Of a stretch of 64,000 nucleotides of DNA, positions 52,783 to 64,000 are shown in pieces. A program made the translations under genes and the position numbers. This stretch comes from Camelus ferus. Taxonomy: Eukaryota. How positions within the stretch are numbered: position 1 is the first letter of the stretch; each line of letters begins with the position of its first letter. The stretch spans positions 51,462,001 through 51,526,000 of the forward strand of contig NC_045697.1 of NCBI RefSeq assembly GCF_009834535.1, given 5' to 3'. Below the pieces are notes generated by a model. The model was not told the DNA's origin. It saw only the letters and a list, made by a program, of their open reading frames with translations, and made no database searches.

Positions 52783-55339
52783 CTTGGAGAAGGTATGGAA
52801 GCTCAGTGACCCTTCTCATATCTTGCCCTATGCATCTCTTCAATCTGGCTGTTCCTGAGTTATATCCTTTTATAATAAAGGTGATCTAGTAAGTAAAATG
52901 TTTCTTTGAGTTCTGTGAGTCACTCTAGAAAATTTATTGAACCTGAGGAGGGGCTTGTGGGAATCTCTGACTTATAGCCAGTTTGTCAGAAATACAGGTA
53001 ATAATCTGGACATGTGACTGGCATCTGAAGTCCAAGGAATGGGGTCATTGGAACCTTCAACCTATAACTTGTCAGTCAGATACAGTGATAACCTGAGATT
53101 GTGATTGGTGTCCGAAGAGGGGAGGGTCTTGTAGGGCTAAACCCTTAACCTGTGGGGTCTGATGCTATCTTGATGCAGATAGTGTCAGAATTGAGTTAAA
53201 TTGTAGGACACCCAGCTGGTGTCTGAGCATTGCTTGCTTGCTGGTCTGGTGGAAAAACCCCTGCCTCCACACATTGAAACTGGTGACAAGAACCTTTTAA
53301 ACCTGGCTTTGCATTCTGTTTCTTTGCTGGAATCCGGTGATTGGATGCTGATTAGCTGACAACTTTAGTAAGGACCAACTGGTCTGAGCCCCTATACCTC
53401 ACTTGGACATTCTCATCCTGGCTGAAATGGAAGTCTCCATTAATTTGATGATTAATCACCCACTCCTTCTTGAAACTCAGCTCTTCTGATTTCCATGAGG
53501 CTACTCTCTCATGGTACACCACTCACCAGTAGAACTATCTTTCCATGTCTCCTTCCTTAAACATTGGTGGTTGTTGAGGTTTTGGGAGTGATAATCATGT
53601 CTCCTTCCAACGTGGCTTCTGAACCAATGGAGAAGTAGACACAAAATGCAGATGGAGATCAACATACCAGTTTTTATTACAATAAGGCTGAATTGGAGAA
53701 TGTAGCCTGAGACCACATTTGGATGACTCAGTCTTTGACAGAATTGGATAGAGTCTTTCACTCAGTTGTAGGCAGTGAAGCAGGAAACCCGTAGGCCTCC
53801 TCTGTCAGGGCAGAGCCTGCTTCTGTAGCTCCCTGCTGTATAAATAAGAATATGTACCCATGCAGTAGGCCAACTAGTCTGAAGGTGAAGGAAGATTGGA
53901 TCCTGGGTCACCCTTGTACAAACACACTTTTCTGCTTTACCAGTCTAATAAATCACTCTTCTTTCCTTGAAGTCCTCCCTGAAAGTGCATGAGAAATATA
54001 TTTTTTACTTTGTAGGCTGTCCAGTCTGATTTGCAGATATCCTCCCAATATCTGATTAATGAATCTCCCTCCTTGTTCCACAAACAGTAAGTCATCAGTT
54101 CTTCATATGCTATTAATGATGGCGACTGCCCCAACCCTAACTCCTTATATTTATACCTATGCCTTGATGATTGTTCCTTTAGTTTTTTTGTACTCATGTA
54201 GCTCTCATACGACATTTTAGCAAAAAAAGAAAAAATTACAAATACTTGTTCTGTAGGAATTTTTTTTAGGCTTAGAAAACAGATACCTTATGAGCATATT
54301 TCTTAAACTTTGGAAGCATGCATTCTTTAAATTTCCACATTTGATTAGGGGTATAATAGTGATGTTTTCTTGTAAAATGACATACTTTCCTAGTGACCCT
54401 CATGCTAGGATTTCTAATGGAAATAGACTTTCATCAGCCCTCAGAACATTGGCATTAATGGAGCCTTGTACTTTTACATGAGTCTGAAGCTTAGTTCAGA
54501 AGTATTCTAAAATCTGTAAAGATTTGTGATTCTGAGTAGACAGTCTGATAAAACATCTAAGATATTTTTTAGTATCCCCAAATGGGTCTCAGCTGAGTTA
54601 GGGAGAGTGTTCTGAATGGTCCCTTTCACCAAGACTGAAAAACTACATTGAGTTGTAACCTCTTTGCTTATAAAGCTTTTTAATTTTTTTTTTAAACATC
54701 AAACCATGTGTACATTGGACTTGAGCTATTTCCTTCATGTTGGAAATGCTCTTCCCAGTGTGAAATGCTTCTCTTCACGTGCACTGAGGTAGAGACCGGC
54801 TTTGACTTGGGCACTGAGCGAGGGACAATAAACATTTTCCAGTCAGTTCGGTGCTGGAAGGCAGGAAAGTACTTAGTGAATGAGTCAACATCTAATGGCC
54901 CCCTCCTGTGTGCAGAGAATGGTTGAAGCACTGATGGGAATAGACATTCTGTTAGTTCATGTTCTCTTCTTGGCATATGCCCATTTTCTGATTGAAAACT
55001 TAGCATAAAAAGAGAAATTCTTGTGAGTCACTTTATTAGTGTGTTGGGTAATACTCTGTAGGATAATATTCTAACTCCTGTAACACATAAGTCATCTACC
55101 CAATCTGCAACACCACTCGACCTCTTGTATATTCAGGATTTCCCCCTTCTAGATTCATGGATGCTTTCTAGATGAGCCATAAGAAGACAAGCCATCTGAG
55201 TGTCTCTTTTACTTTCTTGAGTAGAAAAATATCTATAGTCATTAGGACTGATTTTGACTTTCCAGTGCTTGACCTACATCCAAAGCCTGCATTTCACTCG
55301 GTTGCTAGATAACTATACTGGTTGTACAATTCGTCTTTC

Positions 55340-55825
55340 TGTTACTGAATGTAAGTTTATGTGCCCTATTCACAGTGAGGCCAAACAAACTGGAACATTG
55401 GAGTATGAAGCAGAGAAAGGTTTATTGAAGAGCCAAGCAAAGAGAATGGGTGGTCGTGCTCAAAAACCCGAACTCTTCTGATGGCTTTTGGGAAGAAGTT
55501 TTTAAAGGCAGACTTTGGGGTGAGGGCTGCAAGGTGTGTGAATTTCTTCTGCTTGTTTGGTGCTGAGGTAACAGAGCAATGTTCAGGAATCTTGTGCTCA
55601 GCCTGAAGTTACCATCCTCCACCTGGGTGGGGGCCTTAGTTCCTGCAGAAGAACTCAAAGATATCCTGTTATGTACATCCCCTGAGGAGGAATGAGCTAC
55701 GCTATTGTTTCTTGACTTGCTCCTACTTTGTTTTCTGCCCTGATTAGCAACTGTTTGAATCTGCCCCTTGGAACTCAAAAAGGTGGCAGGGGAGGGGAGA
55801 GGGCACAGGGTCCTGCTCAGTTTCA
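55340..55825 (-). mobile_element. ERV1 solo LTR with 4-bp TSD
   Basis: tgttactgaa...cagtttca; TSD tttc on both sides; ggtttattg gives AATAAA on the minus strand. Confidence 0.85.
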
Positions 55826-55892
55826 TTTCCCATTCTTTTCCCAAGAAATCCATTAGAGTTTGGATTTCTGAACCATTTACTGGTTTCTTCAT

Positions 55893-56270
55893 TCATTCAT
55901 TTAACAGTATTTATTGAGTATCTGAGCACCAGGGTTACAAAGATAAGTAATATAGAGTTCCTGACTTTGAGACACCAAATATCTACAAAATATCTAGTGA
56001 TGAGAACAGACATAGAAACTAACAGTGACAAGATGATTTCTTGTGATTTAAGTATGTACAAAGGTGGAGGTGTCAATTGTTTGAGATGAGAAGGGGAAAA
56101 TGGAACTTTCTGGCTTTGTCTTAGATCACCTACGAGGAGTTTCCCAGGTGGAAAGGAACCTAGAGAGAAAAAAATGTGCTCAGGAATTGTATTAGTTAAC
56201 CAGACCCAGAACATTGTGTCTTTGGGGGTAAACAACAAGCATTTAACATAGAAACTGAGAAACATTGAAT
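55893..56270 (-). mobile_element. L2 3' fragment
   Basis: ttcattcattcatttaacagtatttattgagtatctg, the L2 terminus in reverse. Confidence 0.7.
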
Positions 56271-57599
56271 GGCAGATTTCCTCCTAGTGGAGTGAGGTTC
56301 CTGGAGCAAAAGAAAGGAGAATGGTTCTTATCCAGAGAAACATTGCAAAATCAAGTGAACTAGAGACAGTTTCATATTCATGCATTTGGATGTTTGTTTT
56401 TTAGCATTAAGTTTATTTATCATGTTTTAATTTAAAATTACTTCAGGACCCAAATATTTCTTTGGTTGTGCATGTATTATTGAACTGGAACAGCATGATT
56501 AACATAATCTTGGTTTGACCGTATCTTTATTTGATTTTTCTCTCCTTCTTCCAGGATTATACACTGAGTGTGAGCAGCCAGACCAAAACCTCTGATGTGG
56601 CCAAGAACAAGGACTGGGTGAGCCAAGAGTGAAGGGGCAAGAGATGTTAGATGACTCTGTGGTCAAGCCAACAGCATGTTTGGCCTCATTGCCATGAATG
56701 ATTGCTGAATTCTTTAGAATAGGGGAACTTGGGTAAATGAGTGTTCTTGTACTCAACTGACCACACTGGAGATCTGTGTGGCCACTAGCCCCACCCTGTC
56801 TTGGATAGACTGAGCAACTCAGGGAACGGAGGAAGCTAGAACTTAGTGCTGTTTGGGTTTTTTTTTTCCTAATACAGTGAATTTGTTATTGTAGTTTACA
56901 TTTGTTTTTAAATATCTTTTTCATTTCTGAGATTTTCCTCCATTTTTCCATTCAGATGAAAATCCTCCACTTAAGTATGTAGGTTATTGGAGGATGCTGA
57001 GGGAAGAAGAATGGAGAGCTTACTTTTTAATGCTTGTTATCATAAAATATATTATTTTTAATATTTTGGGTTGTGAACGAAGTGGATCAGCTAACACACT
57101 TGCACGTAAACATCTTCTTTGCTATAAATTTGTTAGTTGAGAAAGGAAAGTCAGAGTATTCATGAGTCCGAGTCAAGTAAAATTGCTTTTACCCTGGAAA
57201 AGGTGCTCGTGCACTGCGTTGGTAACATCAACAACAAACAGCTCTATGTAGAGTGTTTTCTAGTCCTTCCATTCTCTGTATATCTACACATGTTTTTGTT
57301 TATCCTGCATGGTTATAATGATATCCCATAATCCCCCTTTGTTTCCATAAGCCAAAGGAAAAATTGATCTCATTAATCCGTGGTAGCTTTCATTTAGTAA
57401 AGGATACATTCTGGCCATTTTTTCTCTACTCTTTATTAGGATAGCCATCATTTTTACCCCCAAGAAAAACTGATAAAGAGAATGAGAATAGGAATCAAGG
57501 TATCAAAGCACTTTGCAAGCCCTGCAGTGTAAATATGTGCTTCTTGGGAAGCAGGAGCAGATGACATACTGTTGGAAGAACTCTACATTTGTTATTTCA

Positions 57600-57750
57600 G
57601 TCTCTATAACAACCCTAATCCCCAATTTATAACTCCCAGTTTTCAGATGGGGTAACTGAAGTCTGGAGATTTTAAGTAACTTGCTCAAGACCCAGTCAAG
57701 TTGCTGGAGCTTTAATTCAGGCACTGTGGGCTCTCAATCATTATGCTACA
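57600..57750 (-). mobile_element. MIR fragment
   Basis: cccagttttcagatggggtaactgaagtctggagattttaagtaacttgctcaag. Confidence 0.75.
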
Positions 57751-58329
57751 AATAACTTGATTTTAGTGGGGGAAAAAAAATCACTTTTCTTGATTGATTT
57801 TCTTGATTTTTATTGGTAAAAGGTAATTACCTTATAAAGTCTATTTTCGTTTTAATTCTTCTGATTTTACAGACGACAGATTTAAATGTGCTTGCAGCTA
57901 CTGTAGTTTCAAAGATATGAAATCAGGTGGCTGTACACTGGCAAACTAAGCAGCTGTTTTGAGACACACATGACTAACACTTGGCTGGACCCCACACCTG
58001 GTACTGGGCCACAGTAAGCACACCCCCCTGGCTGAACTCAGACATTGAAAACATTCAGTCTTTGCACATTAGCAGACTCCTGCTTTGTTCACACAAGTGT
58101 GGATTTTTCATAAAGCACAAGACAAATATGCATGAAACTTTTCAGAGGGAGATTGTATTTGAAGGGGTAGTTCGTCTTCAGGTTATTTAAATTGGACACT
58201 GTTCAGTAGTTAGAACAAACACAAACTTCCACATGCTGTGCGAATTAGAAACTATGCAAAACAGTACAATAAGGGTGGCTATCCCAACTCCCCTGAAAAG
58301 AGAATATCGGGTGGTAAATAATAAATGCT

Positions 58330-58540
58330 ATGTTATGATTGGATGCTTAGATTTAAAGACCATCTGACACTTATTAGCTATGCAATATTAAAGTCATTTA
58401 AACTCTCTGTGACTTAGTTTCTTCATGTGTAGAATGAAGATAATAATAGCACCAATATCATATAGTTATTGTGAAGATTAGATCAGATAATATAGGAAAA
58501 GCATACGGAGTGCCTGGCATAGAGTAAGCCCTCAATGCTA
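58330..58540 (+). mobile_element. MIR SINE
   Basis: cacttattagcta...agtcatttaaactctctgtgacttagtttcttcatgtgtagaatg...gtgcctggcatagagtaagccctcaat. Confidence 0.8.
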
Positions 58541-58565
58541 AGAATTAATGCATTCTTGAGAATGT

Positions 58566-58698
58566 TGGGGAAGGATGTAGCTCGGTGGTAGAGTGCATGC
58601 CTAGCATGTGCAAGGTCCTGGGTTCAATCCCCAGTACCTCCATTAAATAGATAAATAAATCTAATTACCACCCCTCCAAAAAAATTAAAAGAAAAAAA
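58566..58698 (+). mobile_element. Vic-1-like tRNA-Ala-derived SINE with 8-bp TSD
   Basis: gtagctcggtggtagagtgcatgcctagcatgtgcaaggtcctgggttcaatccccagtacctcca plus A-rich tail; TSD gagaatgt at 58558-58565 and 58699-58706. Confidence 0.92.
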
Positions 58699-58835
58699 GA
58701 GAATGTGTATTATGGATTGCTGTTTGTCTAAACTGGGCCATGAGTGACTTCTACAAGTAAGAGCTTACTAATGAGCCTTTTGTTTATACTAGCTATCAAT
58801 ACCCACCCAATTAAACTGAGGTGATAGTTGGTGTC

Positions 58836-59279
58836 TGTTGGGCTGCACCCCTCAGGCCTGCAAGGCCTGTATTCACCCAGCTTCAAGACTAAAGAAAGAT
58901 CCCTGAGTCAGTGACAGAGACATCGATGGTTTAATGGATAGGGATTTCTTACACAGCCATCTGAAGCCAGGTCCTGGAGTGACTCCCCACTGTGTGCAGC
59001 AGGTAGCAAGCAAGACGTGCGGCAGTCCTCGCTCCCAGAGGCAGGGGGAGGTGAGCAGTTGTAGGGGGAATTGACATCAATTAGCTCATCAGTTACCATG
59101 AAAACCGGCAGAGGGGCATGCCTCTTGCTGCCCTTTTGGTGAGAAGCAGCTCTAGCTGGGGTTTGGGGCAAGTATGTAGAAAGGTCAGCCAGTGAGTAGG
59201 GTGTAGGTGAAGCAGGCATGGTCAGCAGCAGATGTACAGAGAGCATGAGGACAGCCATCTTGAGTGGCCTGACCACACA
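58836..59279 (-). mobile_element. Solo LTR, probably ERVL class
   Basis: GC-richer block with TG...CA ends and 5-bp flanks gtgtc/gtgtt; ggtttaatgg gives ATTAAA on the minus strand; family not recognised. Confidence 0.65.
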
Positions 59280-60881
59280 GTGTTGTGTTGATTTACCGTG
59301 GTGGGTAGCTTATACAATTAAAAGCATATAAAGTTCTATGAACAGGTGAATCTATGACAAGGACAGAAAAAATTGAATCAGTATATGCATGATGGGAAAG
59401 TAAGATTATTTTGGGAAAATGCAATTTGTCTCCTATCAGACTTTTGCCCAAGGCCAGGCTAGCTCTAGAGTCACCGCAAGCTTTCATAATGTTTGTCTAT
59501 GTTCCACTAGACAGGAATGCATTTTGAACTTGAAGACATTTTGGTATAGATGATGGTAATAACTTATAGGCCTTAAAAATCTTCTCTGAACTGTCCCCTG
59601 CAAATATACTTCCAATAGTTCTGCTGCTGGTGGTATATCAGCAATCTGTGAGAAATATAATAGATGTGTTTGTCTGTTAAATCCCTTAATTAAAAGTGGA
59701 TTAGAGGTGACTTTTCTAAAAAAAAGACTGCAGTGTTCCATATTTTGCGTATTGGTAATCAGTTCCCTTTAAAACTTCAGACTCATTTTTAAATTCTGCA
59801 TTTTTTATCTGCTATTCATTAGTGTTTACAAATGGTTACTAAATAAATAAATAAATGCATGGAAAAACAAAGAAGACTTCATATGCCACAAGTGTATTCT
59901 GAAAAAGCTGGCCAAGTTTCCAAATGCTCAGGCTACTAATAGAAAGTATTAAAAATAATAAACTTTTATAGAATTCTTGCTTTATTATACTTCTATGACT
60001 CTTTACTGGAATGCTTGCCACATGCAACTCACTAGAATCTTTGGGTCATAGTCAGTATACTGATTTTTCTGTTGTTTTAGAAAGTTACCCCAGCACTCAG
60101 GTTGGTACAACTCCTGTTTACTTGAATGTCCTGGAATTAATTTTATATAAGCTGTGCATTTATAGCCCCTGGCCAGATTATAGGAAAGCATCTGGAATGC
60201 AAAAGTAAAATAATTTCTGTGACAAAACAGCCATTTATTGGAGGTAAGAATGGACTGGTCCCTTGTAGGGCACAGTAGACTTAGAATGTATACCACATGC
60301 TCTTCCAGGGTGGGCTTAATGACTTCTTTTCCAGGCCTCACTCTTGTTATGTCTGTTCACATTTCAACTGTTGTCATCTTATGGGTGGGTTGTCATCTTA
60401 TGCTAATTTGGAAAAGAGAGAAACTAAGAAACAGTTCACACCATCTAAGCTAATCCTCCATAAACAACATTATTCTTGAAATGAGAGATGAGGGCTAAGT
60501 TGTACCAAATGAAATTTGTAATGGGGAAAGCACCCGGCTGATCCAACTGTTTGTGTGTTCTTTAGTGGACAGAACAGAAACAGACTTTTAATTCCATGCC
60601 AAACTATTTAATTGCATACATAAAACTTGTGTGAAATATTGACAGTCTTAGTCCGAAGAGACTCATCTACAAAAGGGATAGAAGCCTGAAGTATGTGACT
60701 GAATGAATGGGGAAACACATTCAGGACTGTTGCTCACTCTCAGTAAGCTAGCAGTATTATCTAAGTTTCTTTAGTAAATATGTATGCGCTTAAGGAGAAA
60801 AAGCATCTCTTTGCCGTCATATAGTATTGGAATACTTCTTACCATATAGAATTGTATGCTATCACTTTGTATACACACTAC

Positions 60882-61437
60882 TGTTAGAGCAGGCAGGTGG
60901 CTAGATGTCTAGATATGAGCAGAGAAAGGGGGACACTGGGCCAAATGACAGGAAACCACACATCTTGTGAATAGTGTGGATCCTTCGGCAGACCAAGAAA
61001 GGCAAGAACCTCTGGAATGATAAGAAACTATACATTTTGGGTTGATAAGTATCCTGGAAGCAGACAAAGAAGGTGGGACAAGACAGGACTCTCCAGCATC
61101 TGAATGTAACCTTTCACTCATTATACCCTCATCCAACTTCCTGATCAAGACCAAAGAAAGACAAAATCCTTCCTTCCCTCGGAAAGATGGAGCTGGGATG
61201 AAGATCAGGAAAGATAACCTCAAACGCCTCCCCTCCAATATATTCTCCCCATTGGGTTTTACACCTCATATAACCAGCTTGCCAAAGAAACTCAGCACAG
61301 ATTCTTACCTGAGTCTGTTCACTCTCCCCTTGTGAGCGTACTATCTCTTAAAAAAATCGCCACTTTACTTTCTTGACCTCCGTGTCTCATTTCTGAATTC
61401 TTTCTTTGAAAAGACAAGAGCCTGCTCTTTGATAACA
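60882..61437 (+). mobile_element. ERV1 solo LTR (MER41/MER72-like) with 4-bp TSD
   Basis: tgttagagcagg...gataaca; TSD ctac at 60878-60881 and 61438-61441; 3' part homologous to the 52275-52782 LTR. Confidence 0.88.
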
Positions 61438-61879
61438 CTACCAAAATAGGGTGACATGGCTGATCCTACAGTGAAAAACCAAGGAAAGAGAAAAAGGATC
61501 TAACAATTGTCTGCCTACTTTGTATCAGGCACTGTGCTAGTATATTATATACACTAATTCAGTATCTCCTCAGTATCAAAGGACTATTATATTTCTCACA
61601 AATGGCTGATGTATTGGCATTATTAGATCTATTTTTTTTAGTTAAGAAAATATTTATATGGACTATAAATTATTATCCTATGTAGTAGAGGCAACTACTA
61701 ATCAAATTATACAAATGAAGTCACTGAGGCTAAGAAAGATTGGGTAAATTGCTGGAGATTCCACAGCTAGTGTTTGATTCTGAGAGGCTAGATATATCAT
61801 TGAACAATGGCCAGACCACATGTAAAAATTGAACTTTGATCTATAACCTGTAACAACCAGCCCAGGAAGCCAAACCACC

Positions 61880-64000
61880 ATCTGCAGTAGTGCAGACTCA
61901 CAGAAATTTGCTCTCATATTTTATTCTAAAAGTTTTATAGGTTTAGCTTTGACATTTATATCTGTGATACATTTAAATTAATTCTGTGTGTGGTGTTACG
62001 AAGAGTTTCAACTTTTTTTTTTTTTTGCGCATGTGGATATCCAATTTTCCCAGTAGCATTTGTTGAAAAGACTATTTTCAACTTGTTGAAAATCAGTTGA
62101 CTGCAAAGTGAGCTCTTATTTCTAGACTATATCCCATTGATCTACTTATCTAAACTTGTTCTAGTACTATAGTTGTTTGATTACTATAGTTTTTTAGCAA
62201 GTTTTGAAACTAGGGAGTGAGTGTCCTTCAAAAAATTGTTCAGTCAAGATTTTTTTTTGACTATTTTGGATCCCATGAATTTTCCATATAAATTTTAGGA
62301 TAAGCTTGTCAATTTCTGAAAAAAAAAGTAGGTGGAATTTTGACAAGGGTTGCATTAAATCTGTAGATCAATTTGGTGAATATTGAAATCTAAAAAATAA
62401 GTCTTCTGATACATGAACATGAGATTTTTTTCTACTTATTTATGTGCTTTATTAATTTCTATCAGCAATGTTTTGTAGTTTTCAGAACATAAGTTTTACA
62501 CTTATCTTGTTAAATTTATTCCAAAGGATTTGGTTCTTCTGATGCTATTATAAATGGAATTATTTTCTTAATTTCACTTAAGGGTGGTTTATTGCTAGAT
62601 ATAGAAATTCAATTAATTTTTGTGTATTGATCCTTTATCCTGCAAACTTGATGAACTTGTTAATTAGTTCTAATTGTGTTTTAGTGCATTCCTTAAGATT
62701 TTTCATATAAATGGTCGTGTAATCGATAAATAGAGATAGCTTTACTTCTTCATTTCAAATCTGGATGCTTTTTATTTCTTTTTCTTGCCTAATTGTCTTG
62801 ATCATAACCTCCAGTAAAATGATGAATAGAAGTAACTAGAGTAGACATCCTTGTCTTGTTCCTCGATGTAGGACAAAGCATTTAGTCTTTCTCCATGAAG
62901 TGTGATGTTAGCTCTATATTTTTCATGAATATATTTTATAAGGTTGGGAAAGTTTCCTTCTTTTCCTGGTTGAACTCTTTTTTTTTTTTTAGTTATAGAA
63001 GACTAATCGATTTTATCAAGTGCTTTTTCTGCATATATGGGGATAATCATGTAATTTTTGTCCTTTACTCATATGTTTTATTATATTGATTAATTTCTGT
63101 ATATGAAACAAACTTTACATTTCTGGGATAACTCCACTTGGTCATAGTATATAATCATTTTTATATGTTGCTGGATTCCGTTTGTTAGTATTTTGTTGGA
63201 AAATTTGACATCTATATTCACAAGAAATTCTGATCTATAGTTTTCTTTTCTTCGAACTCCTTTGGTTTTTGTCTCAGTGTAATATTGAACTTATAGAGTT
63301 AGTTGGGAATTATTTCTTCTTCTATTTTTTAACATGAGTTTGTGAAGAACTGGTGTTAATTCTTCTTTAAATATTTGGTAGAGTTCATCAGTGAAGCCGT
63401 CTCGGCTTGGGATATCCTTGTAGGAAGTCTTTTCATTACTAATACAATTTCTTTATTTGTTGTAAGTCTATTCAGATTTTGTTTTTTCTTGAGGAGTTTC
63501 AGTAACTTGTATTTTTATATGAATTTGTTCATTTTATCTACCTTATTTAATTTATTGGCATAAGATTTTTATAGTATTTCATTACACTTCTTAGTTCTGT
63601 AAATTTGGTAGTGATGTCCTCTCTTTCATTCCTGATTTTAGTAATTTGAATGTTCTATCTTTTTTTCTTTGTCTGACTAAAAGTTTGTTAATGGTGTTGA
63701 TCTTGTCATAGAACCAAGTTTTTGTTTTGTTGGTTTTGTTGATTTTCTCTACTGTTTTCTCCTCTATTTTTATTAATTTCTTACTTCTATTTGATTTAGG
63801 TTCAGTTTGCTCTTTTTTACAGTGTTTTTAAAAGAAAGGTTCGATTATTGATTTGAGGTCTTCTTTTTTAATATAGACATTTATAGTTGTAAATGTCCTC
63901 CCAAGCACTGCTTTACATACATGCCATACGTTTTGATATGTTGTGTCTTAATTTTAATTCATCTTATTTTCTAATTTCACTTGTGATTTCTTCTTTTACC
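61880..64000 (-). mobile_element. Old L1 ORF2 relic, running off the window end
   Basis: gcatttgttgaaaagactatt, gggttgcattaaatctgtagatcaatttgg, agacatccttgtcttgttcct, ttctgggataactccacttggtcat; no long open frame. Confidence 0.9.

Larger units (their letters stand above)
51766..53292 (+). mobile_element. MER21-like solo LTR hosting two younger insertions
   Basis: gcacagagctcataaaatccttggaattt, gtgattagagggttggaa, tcaatctggctgttcctgagtt, gatagtgtcagaattgagttaaattgtaggacacccagctggtgtc. Confidence 0.85.

Noticed and set aside
55422..55892. Longest ORF (156 aa)
   Set aside because: Lies almost wholly in a solo LTR and has no recognisable domain
58566..58645. tRNA-Ala gene (also at 32250-32325 and 35780-35850)
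   Set aside because: Mismatched stems and A-rich tails, plus TSDs on two copies, mark these as SINEs
59484..59741. Minus-strand exon (IADIPPAAELLEVY...)
   Set aside because: Acceptor-like site only; no convincing donor or known peptide
61170..61190. STAT/GAS site in the MER41-like LTR
   Set aside because: ttccctcggaa has a 5-nt spacer between TTC and GAA, not the canonical 3
1..64000. ORF-track entries as host protein-coding genes
   Set aside because: All are 156 aa or shorter, many use non-ATG starts or lie in repeats, and none resembles a host protein I recognise
1..64000. CRISPR array, prokaryotic operon, CpG-island promoter or intact provirus
   Set aside because: No repeat-spacer array, no gene-dense tract, CpG depleted throughout, and LTRs are solo with no gag/pol/env

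Overview
AT-rich mammalian genomic DNA, most likely from a camelid: three copies of the tRNA-Ala-derived SINE matching Vic-1 are present, and I saw no Alu, Bov-A/BovB, PRE-1 or Can-SINE. I found no recognisable host protein-coding gene, CpG island, rRNA, true tRNA or CRISPR array. The ORF track consists of chance ORFs plus fragments of L1 ORF2 and a hAT transposase. The window is a dense record of transposable elements: L1 fragments (mostly on the minus strand), L2, L3, MIR, MaLR/ERVL/ERV1 solo LTRs, and hAT and TcMar DNA transposons, with several clean nested insertions and target-site duplications (TSDs). It probably lies in large intron(s) of a + strand transcription unit (inference). The best leads are a near full-length fossil Buster/Charlie transposase, two mosaic MER41-like LTRs in inverted orientation, a frame-preserving 63-nt exon candidate and a pair of mutually complementary compound microsatellites. 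I found no convincing evidence for a novel biological system. Repeat family names come from recalled consensus resemblance, not a database search, and boundaries without TSDs are approximate.
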